A stretch of DNA of 62,610 bases, the filler included. It is 4 parts of 4 records of this genome, joined end to end, with 100 filler letters (N's around TTAATTAATTAA, not from the genome) between each part and the next. Parts side by side here need not be neighbours in the genome. Positions count along the whole stretch, not along the records: positions 39,953 to 62,610 come from SRR20825019_1551; 3 more parts are not named here. One strand, written 5' to 3'. The position numbers and the translations under genes are program-made. Shown in pieces: positions 48,770 through 62,348 of the stretch. The notes beneath the pieces were generated by a model. That model saw only the letters and a list, made by a program, of their open reading frames with translations. It did no database searches and was not told where the DNA came from. Position 1 is the first letter of the stretch. Each line of letters opens with the position of its first letter.

Positions 48770-49776
48770 GTTGGACTCTGCAACCTATCTCCTTATGGCC
48801 GCCCTTACGCCGTATCCATTATCCAGCCAGCCTGTTACTTCTCTATGCAGTCTCTGTGCAGTACCGTTGTGGAAGGTGAAGGTTCTCCACATATAACACA
48901 AGGGCTCGTGCGTTTCTGTTGGCGGCCCGGAGCCACGCACGCTCGCATGCAGCCGGGTCGACACTGAAGCAAAAGCATCCATCTCCGCGCAGCCGGGTAA
49001 GCACGGTGTTGGGTTAGGTTCCTCGATCATTCGGGTAGAGTGTCCTATGCCGCGACAGCCGGCCAAGGAAAGCACTCCCGCAGCGAGCACCGGCCCGGTG
49101 GCCCGAGCCGGCCCGGCGACGGCGACGACGGCGACGGCCGGGCGGGTGGAAACGGCGTGAACCCCGACCGCCGCCAACTTGGCTCTGGGCCGGCCCGGAC
49201 CGAGCCCGGACCAGGCCAACTTCCAGTTCGTGCTTGCCAACTCGGCCCGGCGGACGCGGCCGGGCCGGCTGGCGGTTGCACGTCAGGCCGTGCACGCGGC
49301 GCTGGGTGGCCCCGGCTGCCGGGAGTGGTGGCCGCGGGCGCAGGCGGGCCGGTGCCGACCTGACGGGCCGGACGGGCTCTAGCAAGTCAGGCCAGCCCAC
49401 CTGCTAGCCGGCCCCACGTCGGTGCGTGCCAGCCGTCCAACGCGTTGTGGCCGTCCCGGCAACGGCGGCTACCGGTGTGGCCCCGTCAGGAGCGGGCGGG
49501 CCGCAGCGGCCGGCGGCGCCAACCTTGCAGGGCACACAAGGGCCTCCCATCAAGGTTATGGGACTGGATGACCAGAGGCGGGCCGTCAGTTCAGGTCTTG
49601 CCAGTTTGATCTTTTCTAATTTCAAAAGCCACCCACGACTAGGAGTTCATCTATATATTGAGTTTCGAGGACGATTCCCGATGAGTGAGTACGTCTCCAC
49701 ATTCACATTTTAGTAGTACATCTGGATCTTACTGGCCGGCTATCATGGCCATCCTCCGATAGGACTGCCTCACGCA

Positions 49777-51452
49777 TCACAACTTGGATGCCACTGGCCT
49801 GCCCCTGGAGTAGGCTGTCACTACTGCCGCACCGCCCAGACTGCAACAACACCAGTCAGACCAGTGCGCACCCGCCACTACACTGACATCCACATACCCC
49901 AGGTTGTGCTGAAGGGCCACCTTGGCGTTCTTCACCTGCCTGGCATCAGCTGCACCGCGCAGCTGCCACACGAGCTCGGCGCATTGTGCGAGGCCGGTGG
50001 CGCCTAGAGGATGGCCCTTGGAGATCAGACCACCACTGGGATTCACCACCCACTTGCCTCCATAGGTATTGTCTCCGCGGTCTAGATTTGGGTGTCACGT
50101 CGCGGAAGCATGGTGTGCCACACACAGCCTTACCGATGAGTTCTCCGGCCTTGCCTTCCGGGCACAAGCCAAGGGCCTCATAGGTGATGAGCTCATTGGC
50201 AGAGAAGCAGTCGTGGAGCTCGATGACCTGCACATCATTAGGGGTAATGCCGGCTTCGGAGTAGACGTTGCGAGAGGCAGCCTTGGTCATCTCATAACCA
50301 GCCATCTTCATGCAGCTGTCCTCATTGAAAGATGCGGGAACATCAGTGGCCATGGCCATACCAAGGATCTCCACAGCCTGCACCAATATCAGCACAAAGT
50401 CACCACCCTACGCTTGCATGGCACACCCACCTGATCCTGAAGACCGTGACGAATCACAAACTCCTCGCTACACAAGATGGCCACGGCAGCACCATCAGAT
50501 GTTGGGCAACACTGCAGCTTGGTCAAGGGCTCGTGGATCATGGGGCTCTTCTGGATCTGCTCCAGGGTGTAGATGTCACGGAACTGAGAGTACGGGTTGT
50601 TGGCGCTATGGCGGTGGTTCTGCGACAATTTCAGAGCAGTGCAAGCACATAGCGGTAAGGCCCCACCTTCTCGGCAATCTTAGCAAAGTGCTCCAGCTTG
50701 GTGCCGTACTTCTCCATGTGTTCACGACCGGCGTTACCGAACATCTGCGCAGCCATCGGTGCGGAGGTGAAATCTGCAGAACCGTGAGAATGCCACTAGC
50801 ACCGGAATGGACGACGCACCCCTTGTATTGGACATGGTTTCCAAATGCATCTCGAGGGGGTTGGCACGGTCAGTGTACTATGCAAAACTATGTCAGCCGT
50901 CAGGAGGCGATCATCGGCACTCGGCGCACCTTAAGGCCAAGAGAACCCTTTTCCATCTTTTCGAACCCTACAGCCATCACGCAGTCATGGATCCCACCCT
51001 GTGAGCACCCATATCAGTATCACGCCGTGCTTGAGCAGGAGTGCCCTCTGACCTTGATGAACTGCCTTGACATGAATAGGGCAGTGGAGCCCGTGCTGCA
51101 GTTGTTGTTCACGTTGTATATCGGCACTCCAGACATTCCGATCTCATAGACAGCGCGCTGTCCGGCAGTGGAGTCTAGAAGCCACTATAAGATCGTACTC
51201 CTGAGACCAGACCACGCCACGCACCTCCATAGCAAAATCCAACAGCCACTGACTGGACCTCCTTATAGTCGATCTTAGCGTCGGCAAGAGCCTTTCCAGC
51301 GGCTTCCTTGACCATGTCGGGGTAGTCCCAGTCCTTCGAGAACGGTTTCTCGAACTTCATCATCCGTCAGCACACCTCACCCCAACAAACGAGACCTCGC
51401 TCACCTTGGTCATGCCGACTCCGATCACAAACACCCTCCTGTTGTTAGCCAT
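49777..51452 (-). CDS. SCPx-type (SCP2) peroxisomal thiolase without an SCP2 domain (multi-exon)
   Basis: [82 protein letters not shown]. Ends in SKL-stop (PTS1). Confidence 0.94.
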
Positions 51453-51639
51453 AGCTGCATAAAGTACCCAACAGTACACATACGAAATGAAAATATTTCA
51501 AGACCGCAGTGAGTTTAACCATGTTTGGCTTGGCCCCCTCTGCCCTGGTGACGACAAGCCTGGGCATTGAGCCAGTCTCTCGCAGAACACCCTCTTAGCT
51601 GCGATGGCTATTGAGGTCATACTGATTTGAGTGCCGTAG

Positions 51640-52450
51640 CTCCGCTCGCCCCGGAATGCCCGACTCGAAAGAGTTTGCGCCGGATCGGTGGTTTCCCTCA
51701 GCTTCACACGCCACGCGCCGGACGAGTCGGCCGGCCTGGCGGGCGGCGGCGACCCTGCCTGCCCGGGCTCCGCAGTGACGAGGGCCGCAGCCCGGGGGGT
51801 CGCCCGTGACCGAGTCGCGGCGCCGGCGGCCCGCGCGGCCGCAGGGCGCGCCGCGGCCGGTGAGGCCGGGGGAGTCTGCAGTTTGCAGCGTGACGTTTTG
51901 GGGGCCCTACTGACTCGGAATCGCATTTTCCGTTCCCCAGCTGCTGTTGAGATTTGGATATAACGTGAACACTTTGATTTAGCAGAGAGATAATGGTTAC
52001 ATGTCAACTGATGTTGGAGAGGATGAGGCGGGTGGCGTCTACGCGAGTGGGGCCCGGCCGCCGCCCACCGCGAGGGGTGCCGCGGACCGTACTCTTGGCA
52101 CTCGGCTACAGGGTGGCAGCGCGTAGGGTTCGCGGGCCGACTCAGTGAGTGACCGGACGGTGGGATCGGTGCCCCCGGCGCCTCCGGGAGGCCTCACTCA
52201 CCCCGGCGGTGGAAGTGTCGCTGGCCACATTGAGTAGCAATTCGGGGCCGGTCCGACGAACAGGGCCGTCGTGGGCCCGCTGCCAGCGAGGGGCCGTGAG
52301 TCGCCGTACCCCGCCTGTCAGAGCCAACCAACACTAACGGCCGGGGGTTCCACTCACTCCCGCCACCCGACAAGACAGTACTGCCACTGTGAGTCCGGGC
52401 TGCTTCACTAGTGGCCCGGCCGGCAAGTGGCAGCCACTGTTGCCAGCTTC
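51640..52450. promoter_or_regulatory. Double GC-rich island between divergent genes
   Basis: Two GC blocks split by an AT-rich core at about 51940-52020, with gactcagtgagtgac and ctcactc words, between 51452(-) and 52695(+). Confidence 0.45.
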
Positions 52451-52694
52451 AGTGGACCCTGGACTCCTGTGCACGTGGGCGCCATGCGGCTCGAACACTC
52501 GGCGGCACGCACCCACGAGGTTTAGCACAGTGCCAGATGACAGCTTTCACCGCAGTGATTGCCACATTGCTACCACCAGTGACACCAGGTGCCACACCTC
52601 CGTTTCCTTAGGTGCCGAGAGTCGCGACACCCCATCCGTGACCGGCAGAAATATATGTTGGAACTCCTTGGGGTTATGCAGTCACTTACATACG

Positions 52695-54775
52695 ATGGGC
52701 AAAAAGGACAAGTCGGACCCCGCTGCTCCCGGCGCACCTCCTGCAGCGCAGCAGCCAGGCCAATACGCTCAGGAGGCAGCCCAGGCTCCCCATGAGGAGG
52801 ACATGACCCCGGAAGAGGTACCGCCTAGGTTCATTCGTGTGAGCAATTCACAATGTGACTGAACATTTTGGGCCCGCAGGTACAGCAGGAGAAGGACGGA
52901 AAGAAGCTTAAGATCAACCTCGACTTGGAAAAATACAAGAAGATGTCTCCTGCCCAGCGTGACGAACTGCGTGCTGCCAACGAGCAGAAATATGTTCAGA
53001 TGGCAACGGAGCAGGAGCTGGACGATATCGAGAACTCGGGGATGTTGGACTTTTCGGGGGTTTCACGTGAAGGCACTCCCATCGTTGTCCTCAACAACCT
53101 GCTCTTCCCCACCAAGAAGACCAAGGTCCGCCGTGTGGCCCTGTACATCCTGAAGCAGCTTGTCGCGATGGAAGGCAAGCTGTTCAACATATTGTTCGTG
53201 GCTAGCGAGATGAAGGAGCTCAAAAATCTCGACATGGCCCGCGCTATCAACTGCCTCTGCCGCCAGCTGCACCTCACCATGACCAAGAACCTCGGCGCAC
53301 TTATCGTCCTTCACGGCTCCAACGCCTTGAAATTCTCTATTCAGGTACCGTAACAGTAGTGCACCTCGGTGATCGAGGGCAGGATCATAACAACGGACTG
53401 CAGGTAATGTACGGGAACCCCGAGGTCTTGTTCTTCGACAGTGTGGTGGACATGTTCCACCAGGTGCCCCCCTACCAGTCCCTCCCCGAATCTGTGTTCA
53501 GCAACGAGGACATTAAGGGTGTGAGCAAGAAGAAACTCCTCATGAGCATGGAGGAGATCAAGGCCGTGGTTGAACGCGTACACGGCAATCATGGTGAGTA
53601 TGGTCGGCGGACCGTGGCGCGTGCTTCACGCTAGCTATCGCCGCATGCCTCGCATGCTGCAACATTGCCTGACACAAGTGCAGCCTCATTGCAGGAGCAA
53701 GAGGCCGCACTCGCGGGCCTGGTGGGTTGCAAGCTGAATCTCAAAGAGAGCAACATCCCCGTGGTGGATGAGGAGATCAACGGGCGAGCAGGCCCGTATT
53801 TTGTCATGAATGGACTCCATGTGATGAAGCTTCTCCACGTCAATTCATACCTTTTCAGCCGCGCCATGGAGTTCCACGCCAAATACACTGAGATTGCCAA
53901 CATGCAAAACGAGGGGGCTGAGGTGCGTACGCATGCCGTGTGTCACTGCCGAGACTGAAGCAAAGGTACTAGGGGAAGCGCAAGAACAATGTGCATAAGA
54001 AGTCCAAGAAGTCCAAGAAGGAAATCAAGGAGATTCAGGCGGCGGACTACGATCAAGAGAAGGATGAGGAGCTGCAGCACCTCATGTTCGATACCTCCCA
54101 GTTCATCGAGGTAGGATGTGCGAGGGCGGTGTTGGCGGGATGACAAAGATGCGGCTTGTGTGCCCTCGTGCAGCTTGCAGTGGCATCAGCGTGTTGTTGG
54201 CCCCACCGCGCTACCACGCCCAAAGACGTCACCATATTGACCTCCTAACGCAGACCATCAACTCGGAGCTCACCACCTGGAACAACAAAGAACCCAGGAT
54301 CTGCTCGGGAATTCTTCTCGAAGGCATGCGGGAGGACCTGATCTCCACGGTCAATGATCCCGACTGGGTAGACCCCACCCAGCCCGAGTGGAAGCGCGCG
54401 CCCTTCGAGGACAAGATCCGCCTCACCCCGGATCAGCGCATGAAATTCATGGCAAGCCGCCTCCAGCACGAGGAGGAGGTGGAGCTCTTCAAGCGGAAAA
54501 TTGTGCGCATCTTTGGCGGTAAGAAGAAGCTTGAATCCTTCAAGAATCGCCCGAATGCTCCCAAGCTTGCGTCCCTTGGAGAGAAGCAACCCGAGGTGAG
54601 TCGTCAAATACAGCGATCCATTTGGAACTCGGTTGGTGGTGGACCTAACAGGCATCGGTGTGTACAGGTTGTATGTGCATACCCTGGGTGCGGGCAGGCT
54701 GACTTCTCCTCCATCGCGGCCTTCGAAGAGCATCGTGTGTGGCATGCAAAGTCACATTCCAGGACTCCGGCGTAA
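52695..54775 (+). CDS. BCH/CRAL-TRIO_2 domain protein with C-terminal C2H2 zinc finger (multi-exon)
   Basis: SGVSREGTPIVVL...LYILKQL..FNILFV...KNLGALIVLH resembles BCH domains. C-terminal CAYPGCGQADFSSIAAFEEHRVWH. Confidence 0.65.
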
Positions 54776-55373
54776 TCGCGACCAATTTGTATGATAGCAG
54801 GTTCGAGGTATAATTGATACATGATAAATCAATTGAATAAATAATTATTAATGAAATGTATTCGTGGTTCTCAATGAATTTTTAAAAATAGACATGAACG
54901 CTCACACTCACCATGGCAGACTCGGCTGCCACCCCGGCCTCAGTGACCGGCCTGGGCGGGGGACCGGCGGTGGCCGGTTGCCGCATGGCAACCGTCCCGG
55001 GACCGCGGCACGCGCCCGGCGGGCAAGGCCTGCCAGCTGCACTGGTCAGTGGGGCACCGGTGCGCCTCGGTGAGCCTGGTCTCCCGGGCCGGCGCCTGAG
55101 TCTGGGCACGCGGAGTCCTCATTGCCGGCATGACTTACTGAGGTGTCCGACTGAGCCAGTGTTCGCGGAGCTCACGTGCAGCGGTACACGCGGCGCGCCG
55201 GGTGCCGGGCCCGGGCTCCGGTCATCACCTCCCGGGCGTGGCTCCTTGAGTGGCACTGCCAGCAGCTACTGCGGCTTTGTTGGCTGACGAATCGGTCCTC
55301 CCCCCTGGCGATCCAATGGCAACTACATAAACATAACGCCCGTAGCAAACTGTTAAGTGCAGGGAGCCACACG

Positions 55374-58300
55374 ATGGACATACGCGTACATGCGCGTGTC
55401 CGGCCCCTGGACCACCGGTCCAACGTGAGGGTAAGTCTCAGTTTGGCCGCACCGCCTGGTGCTGACTGCTCTGTCATGTACGGAGCACCAGCGATTCAGG
55501 CGGGCAGGTATTCCGGACGAAGTGCTTATGCTAAGCGGGTTGTACAGGAGGGTGACTTCCAAGTGACCGGCAATGACGTGAGAGTGCGCGGTATGATAGG
55601 CGGAGAAGTAATTGAAGAGAGCTACCGACTCGACAAAGGTAACACGCCCGCAAGAACTGCCTTGTGTTTCGCTGAGTGGGGGCGCAGTGCATGGCCAGGA
55701 AGCGTCGTCGTCGGCGGTGTATGATGAAACTGTGCACCCTTCCGTCCGGGCGGGCTGCCATGTGAGACTATGGGGACGGCACGCGGGTTAGGGCACTGAC
55801 CGTGGTGGTCTGCAGGGCAAAAACACGGCGCTCGTCCTCTTCGGGCCGACAGGCAGTGGCAAGTCATTCACACTGGACGGTGCTGGCCGCGAGCAGTCTG
55901 CTGTAGGTTCATGTCGACGGTTGGTGGCAGCGGGAGGCTGAGTGGGGATGCAGGGGATGATATACAAGATCGCCCATGGCCTCTTTGCGGAGCTAGAGAA
56001 GAATGCCTCGTCTAAGCGCGAGCTTGTGTACAAGGTGAAGATGAGCGCGATCTTGTGCTTCAACGAACGGATCACAGACCTGGTCAGTGGGCGTTCCGAC
56101 CTGCGGCCGGTAATGGACGACAAAGTCGGTAAGTAGGCCGCGGCAGCGAGTGACCAGTCGGATGCGCAGTGACCGTGCGGTTTAAGGTTGGACTGTGAAG
56201 GACATGTCTTCGCACAAGGTAGCCAGCCCCAACGATGTGATGGGTGTGTACAACAAGGCTCGCCAGACCCGCGAGAGCATCGAGGGGGACGTGGATGCGG
56301 CGACCACGGGCATGATGGTGTTCTTCGAGATCTTTCAGCGCAGCGGTGACAACAACAATCTCCAGGTTGGTGTGTACCAAGTCTGCTTCGACCCGGGTTG
56401 ACTCCTGTCAGGGTATTTTGAGGTCGCGGATTGCAGTCATCGACTGCCCGGGAACAGAGAAGCTTGCCGAGCGAGACTCCGTTGTGCGGGTAGGGCAGAG
56501 CTTGCGAAGGGCTTGATATTTGTGAGTAATGATGGACGTCTCCAGGACCGGGACGGCAAGGTCAAGAACCAAGGCATTCTTGCACTGGGCCAACGTGAGC
56601 TGACGATGTGTGCGCGCGCCCCGCTCTTTTCACTCACACCCCGCTATACAGTGATGAAGCAGCTGGCCTCCAACCGGGACATGGACTATGCGAATTATTC
56701 GTCGTCCAAATTCACACAGCTGTTCGATGACGTGCTCGGAGGCAACTGCGTACGCCGCCTGGCCACCCTCGGACAACTCCTGTCGCTGACCATGCTCCGC
56801 AGGCCACCACCTTCCTCATGACCCTTAACCCGTCCGCATTCGGCCCCACGCAGGCCACCCTCGAGTATTCCAAGCTTTTAAAGAAGATTACCAATTATCC
56901 TCTACTCGCCAACGACCAGTACGCACTGGGCCTGTGCCGCAAGCTACGGTTAGTCGCGGGCAAGACATCCACAATCGCCAATGAGGTGCCCAAGTGAGTC
57001 GGAAACCAATTGGGGCGTGCATATGCATGGGTACTGATTAGATTCAGTCTCGATTCGGAACAGCTGGCGGAGGCTGCTCTTAGCGGCGACAGCAAGACAC
57101 TGATCAACAGGCTGCAAGAGGTGGAGGCGAAGGCGATCAAGGACAACATTGAGAAGGTGAAGCTGAAAGGAGAGCGGGAGATGATGTACAACAAGCTTGT
57201 GGAGAGGTGCGGTGGTGACATGCACTCGAGGGCAGGGTGCTCATAATTCCATGCAGCCGCGAGAAGTACACCTCTGTTGTGCGTCAAAAGGCGGACCTCC
57301 AGGCCGAACTGATCAAGTCGGAGGAGGAGAAAGTTAAGATCTCCAAGACCCTGATCGAGCTGCAGATTGAGAACCAGCGCCTCAAAGAGCAAATCGAGAC
57401 GGTCAAGTTCGAGATGGAGAACAAGCTGTTGGAGGAGGAGCACGACCTTGTGGAGCTCAAGGGGAAGTTTCAGAACAAGGACAAGCGCGGTGGGTGCCCC
57501 GGCTGTAGTCCTGTGTGGGGCCGACTGATACTAATGCGGTGTAGTGAGTGACCTGGAACACAAAATTGAGGAGCTGCTTGAAGATAAGCGAGACGTGATG
57601 CTGGAACTGGTTGCGATCAAGGTGGGTCACAGCAGGAGGGCGTGCTTAGGTGCCGTACTGACCTTCTGCAGAACAATCTGGACAATCTGAAGGAAGAGTA
57701 CAAGACGGTCGAAAGCCAGAACGAGGAGCTCAAGGTGGAGCTGCTGAATCTCGACAACGTCAATCGCAGCATCGGCTCAGAGAAGGAACGGCTTGCCAAC
57801 CGACTGGTGGACCTTGAGAGGACTCTGGACGAGAACCAGGTGGGTATTCTGGAGTGTCGATTGCGCACAGTGGTGCTCATGCGTGGTTCCACAGTCGAGG
57901 GAGGCGCAGCTGCAAGCCAAGGTCAGGGACCTGGACGATGAGAAGGAGGACCTCCGGCAGAAACTGCGGGTGTACGAGATGGAAAGTGACAAGAGCATGA
58001 ACAAGATAGAGTCCCAGAAGGTGCGTGCTCGAGGGAATCATGCAGGGATGGTGGAATGACCACGCATTGCAGCTGGAGATGGAGAAGGAGATGCTGTCCA
58101 TGCAGAAGGATAAGGACACTGCGCTGGCTGTGATGATGCGTGAGAAGGCCGACCTTGAGAAGGAGGTTGAGGTATGGCGCCAGGGGGTGGGACTTGAGTG
58201 CTGCTAAGGAATTTGGCAGCGGCTGCGGGTGGAGATGGACTTGGCGGCACAGAAGATGGCCGATGACCAGAAGCACCTCAGGCGCCAAGCAGAGACCGCC

Positions 58301-60028
58301 GTGGAGGATCTTGCCCAGAAGTGAGTAGGCCGGCGCTTGTCGGTGCGTCGGAGGGGGCTGAACATGGTATATCCGTGCAGGAGCGAAGAGTATGAAGAGC
58401 TTGCGCGAGAACTGGAGCGGGTACGGACCATACTGGTGGAGAAAGAGCAGATCCACAATGAGCGTCTCCTTCAGTACATGGAGGAGGTATGCACGCGGGA
58501 TGCCGATCGCTGCATGCGGATTGACACTCGATTGCTCAGATCCACGGCCTGGTGGCGCTGGCCAATGAAAACACCAAGAAAGAGCTCGACGAGCTGGAGG
58601 AGCTGGTGGACGATGGTCAGAAATCCACGGTTGGTGCGGAGCATGAGGAGGAGCCCGTGCGCGACAACGCCAGCGACGCGGGCAGCACCCGCACGCACAA
58701 GGTGAAGTCTAAGTCCATCAACCACAGCGGCGCTAATTTGCCCACGCAGTCCAACCGCTCCCACGTGTCGAAGGAGGGCGACGCGAAATCCCAGGCCAAC
58801 TCTCGCACGCCATCGAGGGCCCCGTCCCGAGCCCCCACACAGGCGGGCTCCAACAAGCCACAGGGACAGGGCGTACCTGTCGGCGATGAGCTGTACCACG
58901 CCATCACCCAGGAAGTGAATGCGATCAAGGAGGAAGTGCACTCGACGTTCAAGCGCAAGAACGACGAACTTCGTGAGGTTTGTCTTGGCGGGGCTTGGAT
59001 ATGGTGCGCTGGGTATTGACGCCTACCCAACAGGAAGCCCAGGCCGCCAATGACAAATCCCGCGACCTTCGGCGGCAGAATCGCGTGCTCATCCAGCAGT
59101 ACAGGGCCCTGGTGTATGAGGTCCAGGACTTGGCCCCGGACAACGAGGTCATTGCGCGCGGATTCGACCGCAACCAGCTGCGTGAGATTGAACAGCAGGT
59201 GGGCGTGGGCTGAGTGGCTGTGTGCGGTACGTGCTGTGACGGAATGTGGCTGACGAAGCGACTGCAGCTGGAGGTAGAGGAGGAAGCGGAGATCAAGATG
59301 CTTCGGAAGAAGGAGGAGGAGCTTCAGGCGGAGCTGCACAACGAGCGCGACAAGGCCGTGGGTGTTGCTGAGAACCACAAGATCTTGATCATGAAGATGC
59401 AGAACAAGTACAAGGTACCATAAAACACCGGGCTGGCGTCCAGGCACTGATGTTGATGTGTTCTCGCAGGAGGCCACGGACAAGCTCAAGGTACTTCAGC
59501 TCAAGGCAATGACCGCCGGCCTGGCCGATGAAAAGACCATGGTGGACCTTCTCAACCAGATGAAGCGCATGGAGAACGTTACGGACCCGGAAATGTTGCG
59601 GATGGTGCAGGAGATCAAGGCCAAAATGGACCGTGTGGTGAGTGTGACGTGGAGTGACCTTGTGGATGCGGACTCACCACAGCCTGTAGAAGTCAGGGGC
59701 GCCCACGCCCAGGACGCCGCCTCCCGCGGAAGGCCCACCGGCGTCGGATCAGGCGATGAAAGAGATCGATCGGCTCGGCCGAGAAGTGAAGCAGATGCGC
59801 GTGTACAAGATCAAGCACGATCAACTGATGCACCAGTGGAATGACATCGAGCGTGAGCGCACGGAGGCCATCATGCGTGCGCGCGTGGCCGAGGAGCAGC
59901 TGGCGCAGATGAACGACATGCTCAAGGAACGCATCACCAAGTATCAGGCGGAGATTATGACTCTGCGGAGAAAGGTGCAGCAGTATGAAGGAGGAGGTGA
60001 CGCCAGGGCGTCGCGCTCACGCGAGTGA
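55374..60028 (+). CDS. Divergent kinesin-like domain plus a long coiled coil with a CCDC78/DUF4472-like segment (multi-exon)
   Basis: IRVHARVRP, P-loop FGPTGSGKSFTL, FNERITDL, IDCPGTE, LALGN, SKFTQLFDDVLGGNC. Later LQAELIKSEEEKVKISKTLIELQIEN and extended heptads. Confidence 0.8.
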
Positions 60029-60163
60029 ATGGGATGTACATTGACAGGTAGGGCCACACTTTATTGGCCTTGCGGCACGGCGCCTCGGTCCGAGGCGAGG
60101 ACGGCGCCGGTAGTGCCGCGTGGGATTAGTAAAACATTCGCCGAAAGGTAGCGCACTGAAGGT

Positions 60164-62348
60164 CTAGAACGAGGTGATGTTCCGGGAGCTGCACGAGTTG
60201 TTGACGTTGAAGTCGATTAAGAACAGCAGGGTTAGCCACTGGCTGATGCCCGCCACGGCCACACCCACGTGCATCCAGTGGTGACTGCACAGCTAATCAC
60301 AGACGCACAAAGAGTTAGCCGCAATGAGCCCGCCGCATGCTGTCACCACTGTACCAGGATGTCGAACGTGCCGGGAGAGAACCGCTCCGGGATCTTGAGG
60401 GTGTGGATGCACATTGAAGCCCCAAAGAGCACCCCCGTGATGGTGAAACGCCCCAATAGATTCAGTATGAAGAGGTCCGTCCAGTCCACAATGATCCTGT
60501 GTTCAGCGTTAGATTGCACTCCGCGTCCACTCCCTTGAGACTCACAGATAGTGGAGGATGGGGATGAATGACACGGCCAGATGGCCCAGGTAAGCGAACA
60601 AGCGCCAGTATGCCCATGGCCGGAACGAGGTATGGAACTGGCATGGGGTTATCAGTTCCGACTCGGCGCCCGTGGTGTGACCATACCTTTCGAAACAGGA
60701 TCTGGATGCCCAGGAAGGCGGTGAAGATGAATGAAATGACGAGATACACGATCCGCTCCACCTTGTGGCAGTCGAATAAATAGAAGATGGTCGGAAACAC
60801 GTTAGAGTATATGTTCAGGAATATCCCGCCATAATCACCGATCCCGCATACAAAACTACAAGAACAGTCTCAGGCCCGAGTATTACAATGCTGGAGGGAT
60901 GTACCTGTAGTTCTTGGAATAGCACAGGAACGTGTGATAGTGTGTACTGGCTGTCCAGGACGCCGTTGCCCCGAGGATGAAGACGGAGAAGGCGATATAA
61001 TGCATCTGCGGAGCACGATCAGCCCCAGGCGGATAGCAGGAGTTCAAGAACGTACCCAGTCGTCGTCACGCCCTTCGTTGGTTGCATTCCCAAGCACCTC
61101 TGGGATGTAATATGACATGCTCACGATCCACAATGCTGTTGAATGGGGTTAGCGGCAGTCAACGTGACCGATGCACAGTGAAAAGAATGACTTACCAATA
61201 AAGAGAGGAACCGCCAGCATGTGTGTCCATATATTGATGGTCTCGTTGTGGACACGAAAGATGCTCTTTATGCACAGCCACACAGAAAAGTTCACCCGAT
61301 AGTAGTTGAGAATGAACGGGTAGCGAATGACGGGAGGAGCATCCTGGCGACGAACCAACCGGAACTCCTTCACTCGGCCGGGCTCCCACCATTCTAGCTC
61401 AACCTCGCCGTCGTTGCTATACCGCTTCACCTGAGGCTTCGCCTTTTCAACCTGAACGCGCCAACCGTTAAGTGAACCCAAAAGTCGCACGATCGTCACA
61501 AGACCTACCGGCACGTCCTCAGGTGCGATCTGGGCGCTCCCCCGCTGGAATTTCTTGAAGAAACGCTCCAGGCCAACTGCCATGCTTGACTTTCGACCAC
61601 CCCCGGTTACCGAAACAGGTGGGCCGCCCATAGGGTCCGAGTTTTGCCGAGAGAGTACTGACGGCACGTGGGGCAGGGACTGCGGAGACCTTGGTGGAGA
61701 CTGTGCTGGAGATCTTTCAGGGGTGATGTACTTTGGCTCTCTGCTCTCTGATGTTTCTGTATCCCCGCCAGGGATTGCGTCGGCGGGTTCCGCGTTAAGC
61801 ATTTCGATCGCGACGGGCCGCGGGACCCCCGGAAGGCTAGGCAGGTCCACATCAACGGCATTCCGCAGTGGTGGCACCGACGACAAAGTGCCATGGTCCG
61901 GCCCGAGTGCCGGTGACACCACGCCAGACGGCCCGCCGTCGCCAGTTGCGGTTTCCAATATCGTTGAGGCGGTGGGTGAGAAGGGCTCGGTGTCGCCACC
62001 AGCTGGGTTCCTGTCAACAGCACTCTCTATCATACCGCTTTCAGTGGGAGAAGTGTACCCTTTGGAGGTCTGGTCTGGTTCTGCGCGAGTTGGCGCATCA
62101 CTTCCCGGCTGCTCGGGTTCGTGCTGTGCTAGCTGCGGCTGGGTATGCAGCAGGTCGTTGCGCCCGGGCGGTGACGAGGGCGTGTCTTCCCCCGGGTCCA
62201 TCCGGTACTGGCTGCGGGCTCGCTCCTCACCAACAGCGCCGACATCACACAACTGGTGCCAAGAGGCCATACTTATCCAAGTGGCCGAGCGGGCCAACGA
62301 GAACTGAGGCCGCGCCCCGTCTAAACGAGTCCGCTCGGGAGGAACCAT
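60164..62348 (-). CDS. PAQR / haemolysin-III family (adiponectin-receptor-like) membrane protein; start uncertain (62348, 62270 or 62201)
   Basis: PFILNYYR..CIKSIFRVHNETINIWTH, S..YHTFLC, DYGGI, IPERFSPGTFDI, SHHWMH. Long disordered N-terminus. Confidence 0.88.

Noticed and set aside
49777-51452. SCPx thiolase lacking the SCP2 domain as a novelty
   Set aside because: Stand-alone SCP2-thiolases with PTS1 are known, for example nematode DAF-22.
693-60028. Non-standard genetic code as the cause of the fragmented ORFs
   Set aside because: The interruptions are explained by GT-AG introns, and TAA, TAG and TGA all end conserved genes at the expected positions.
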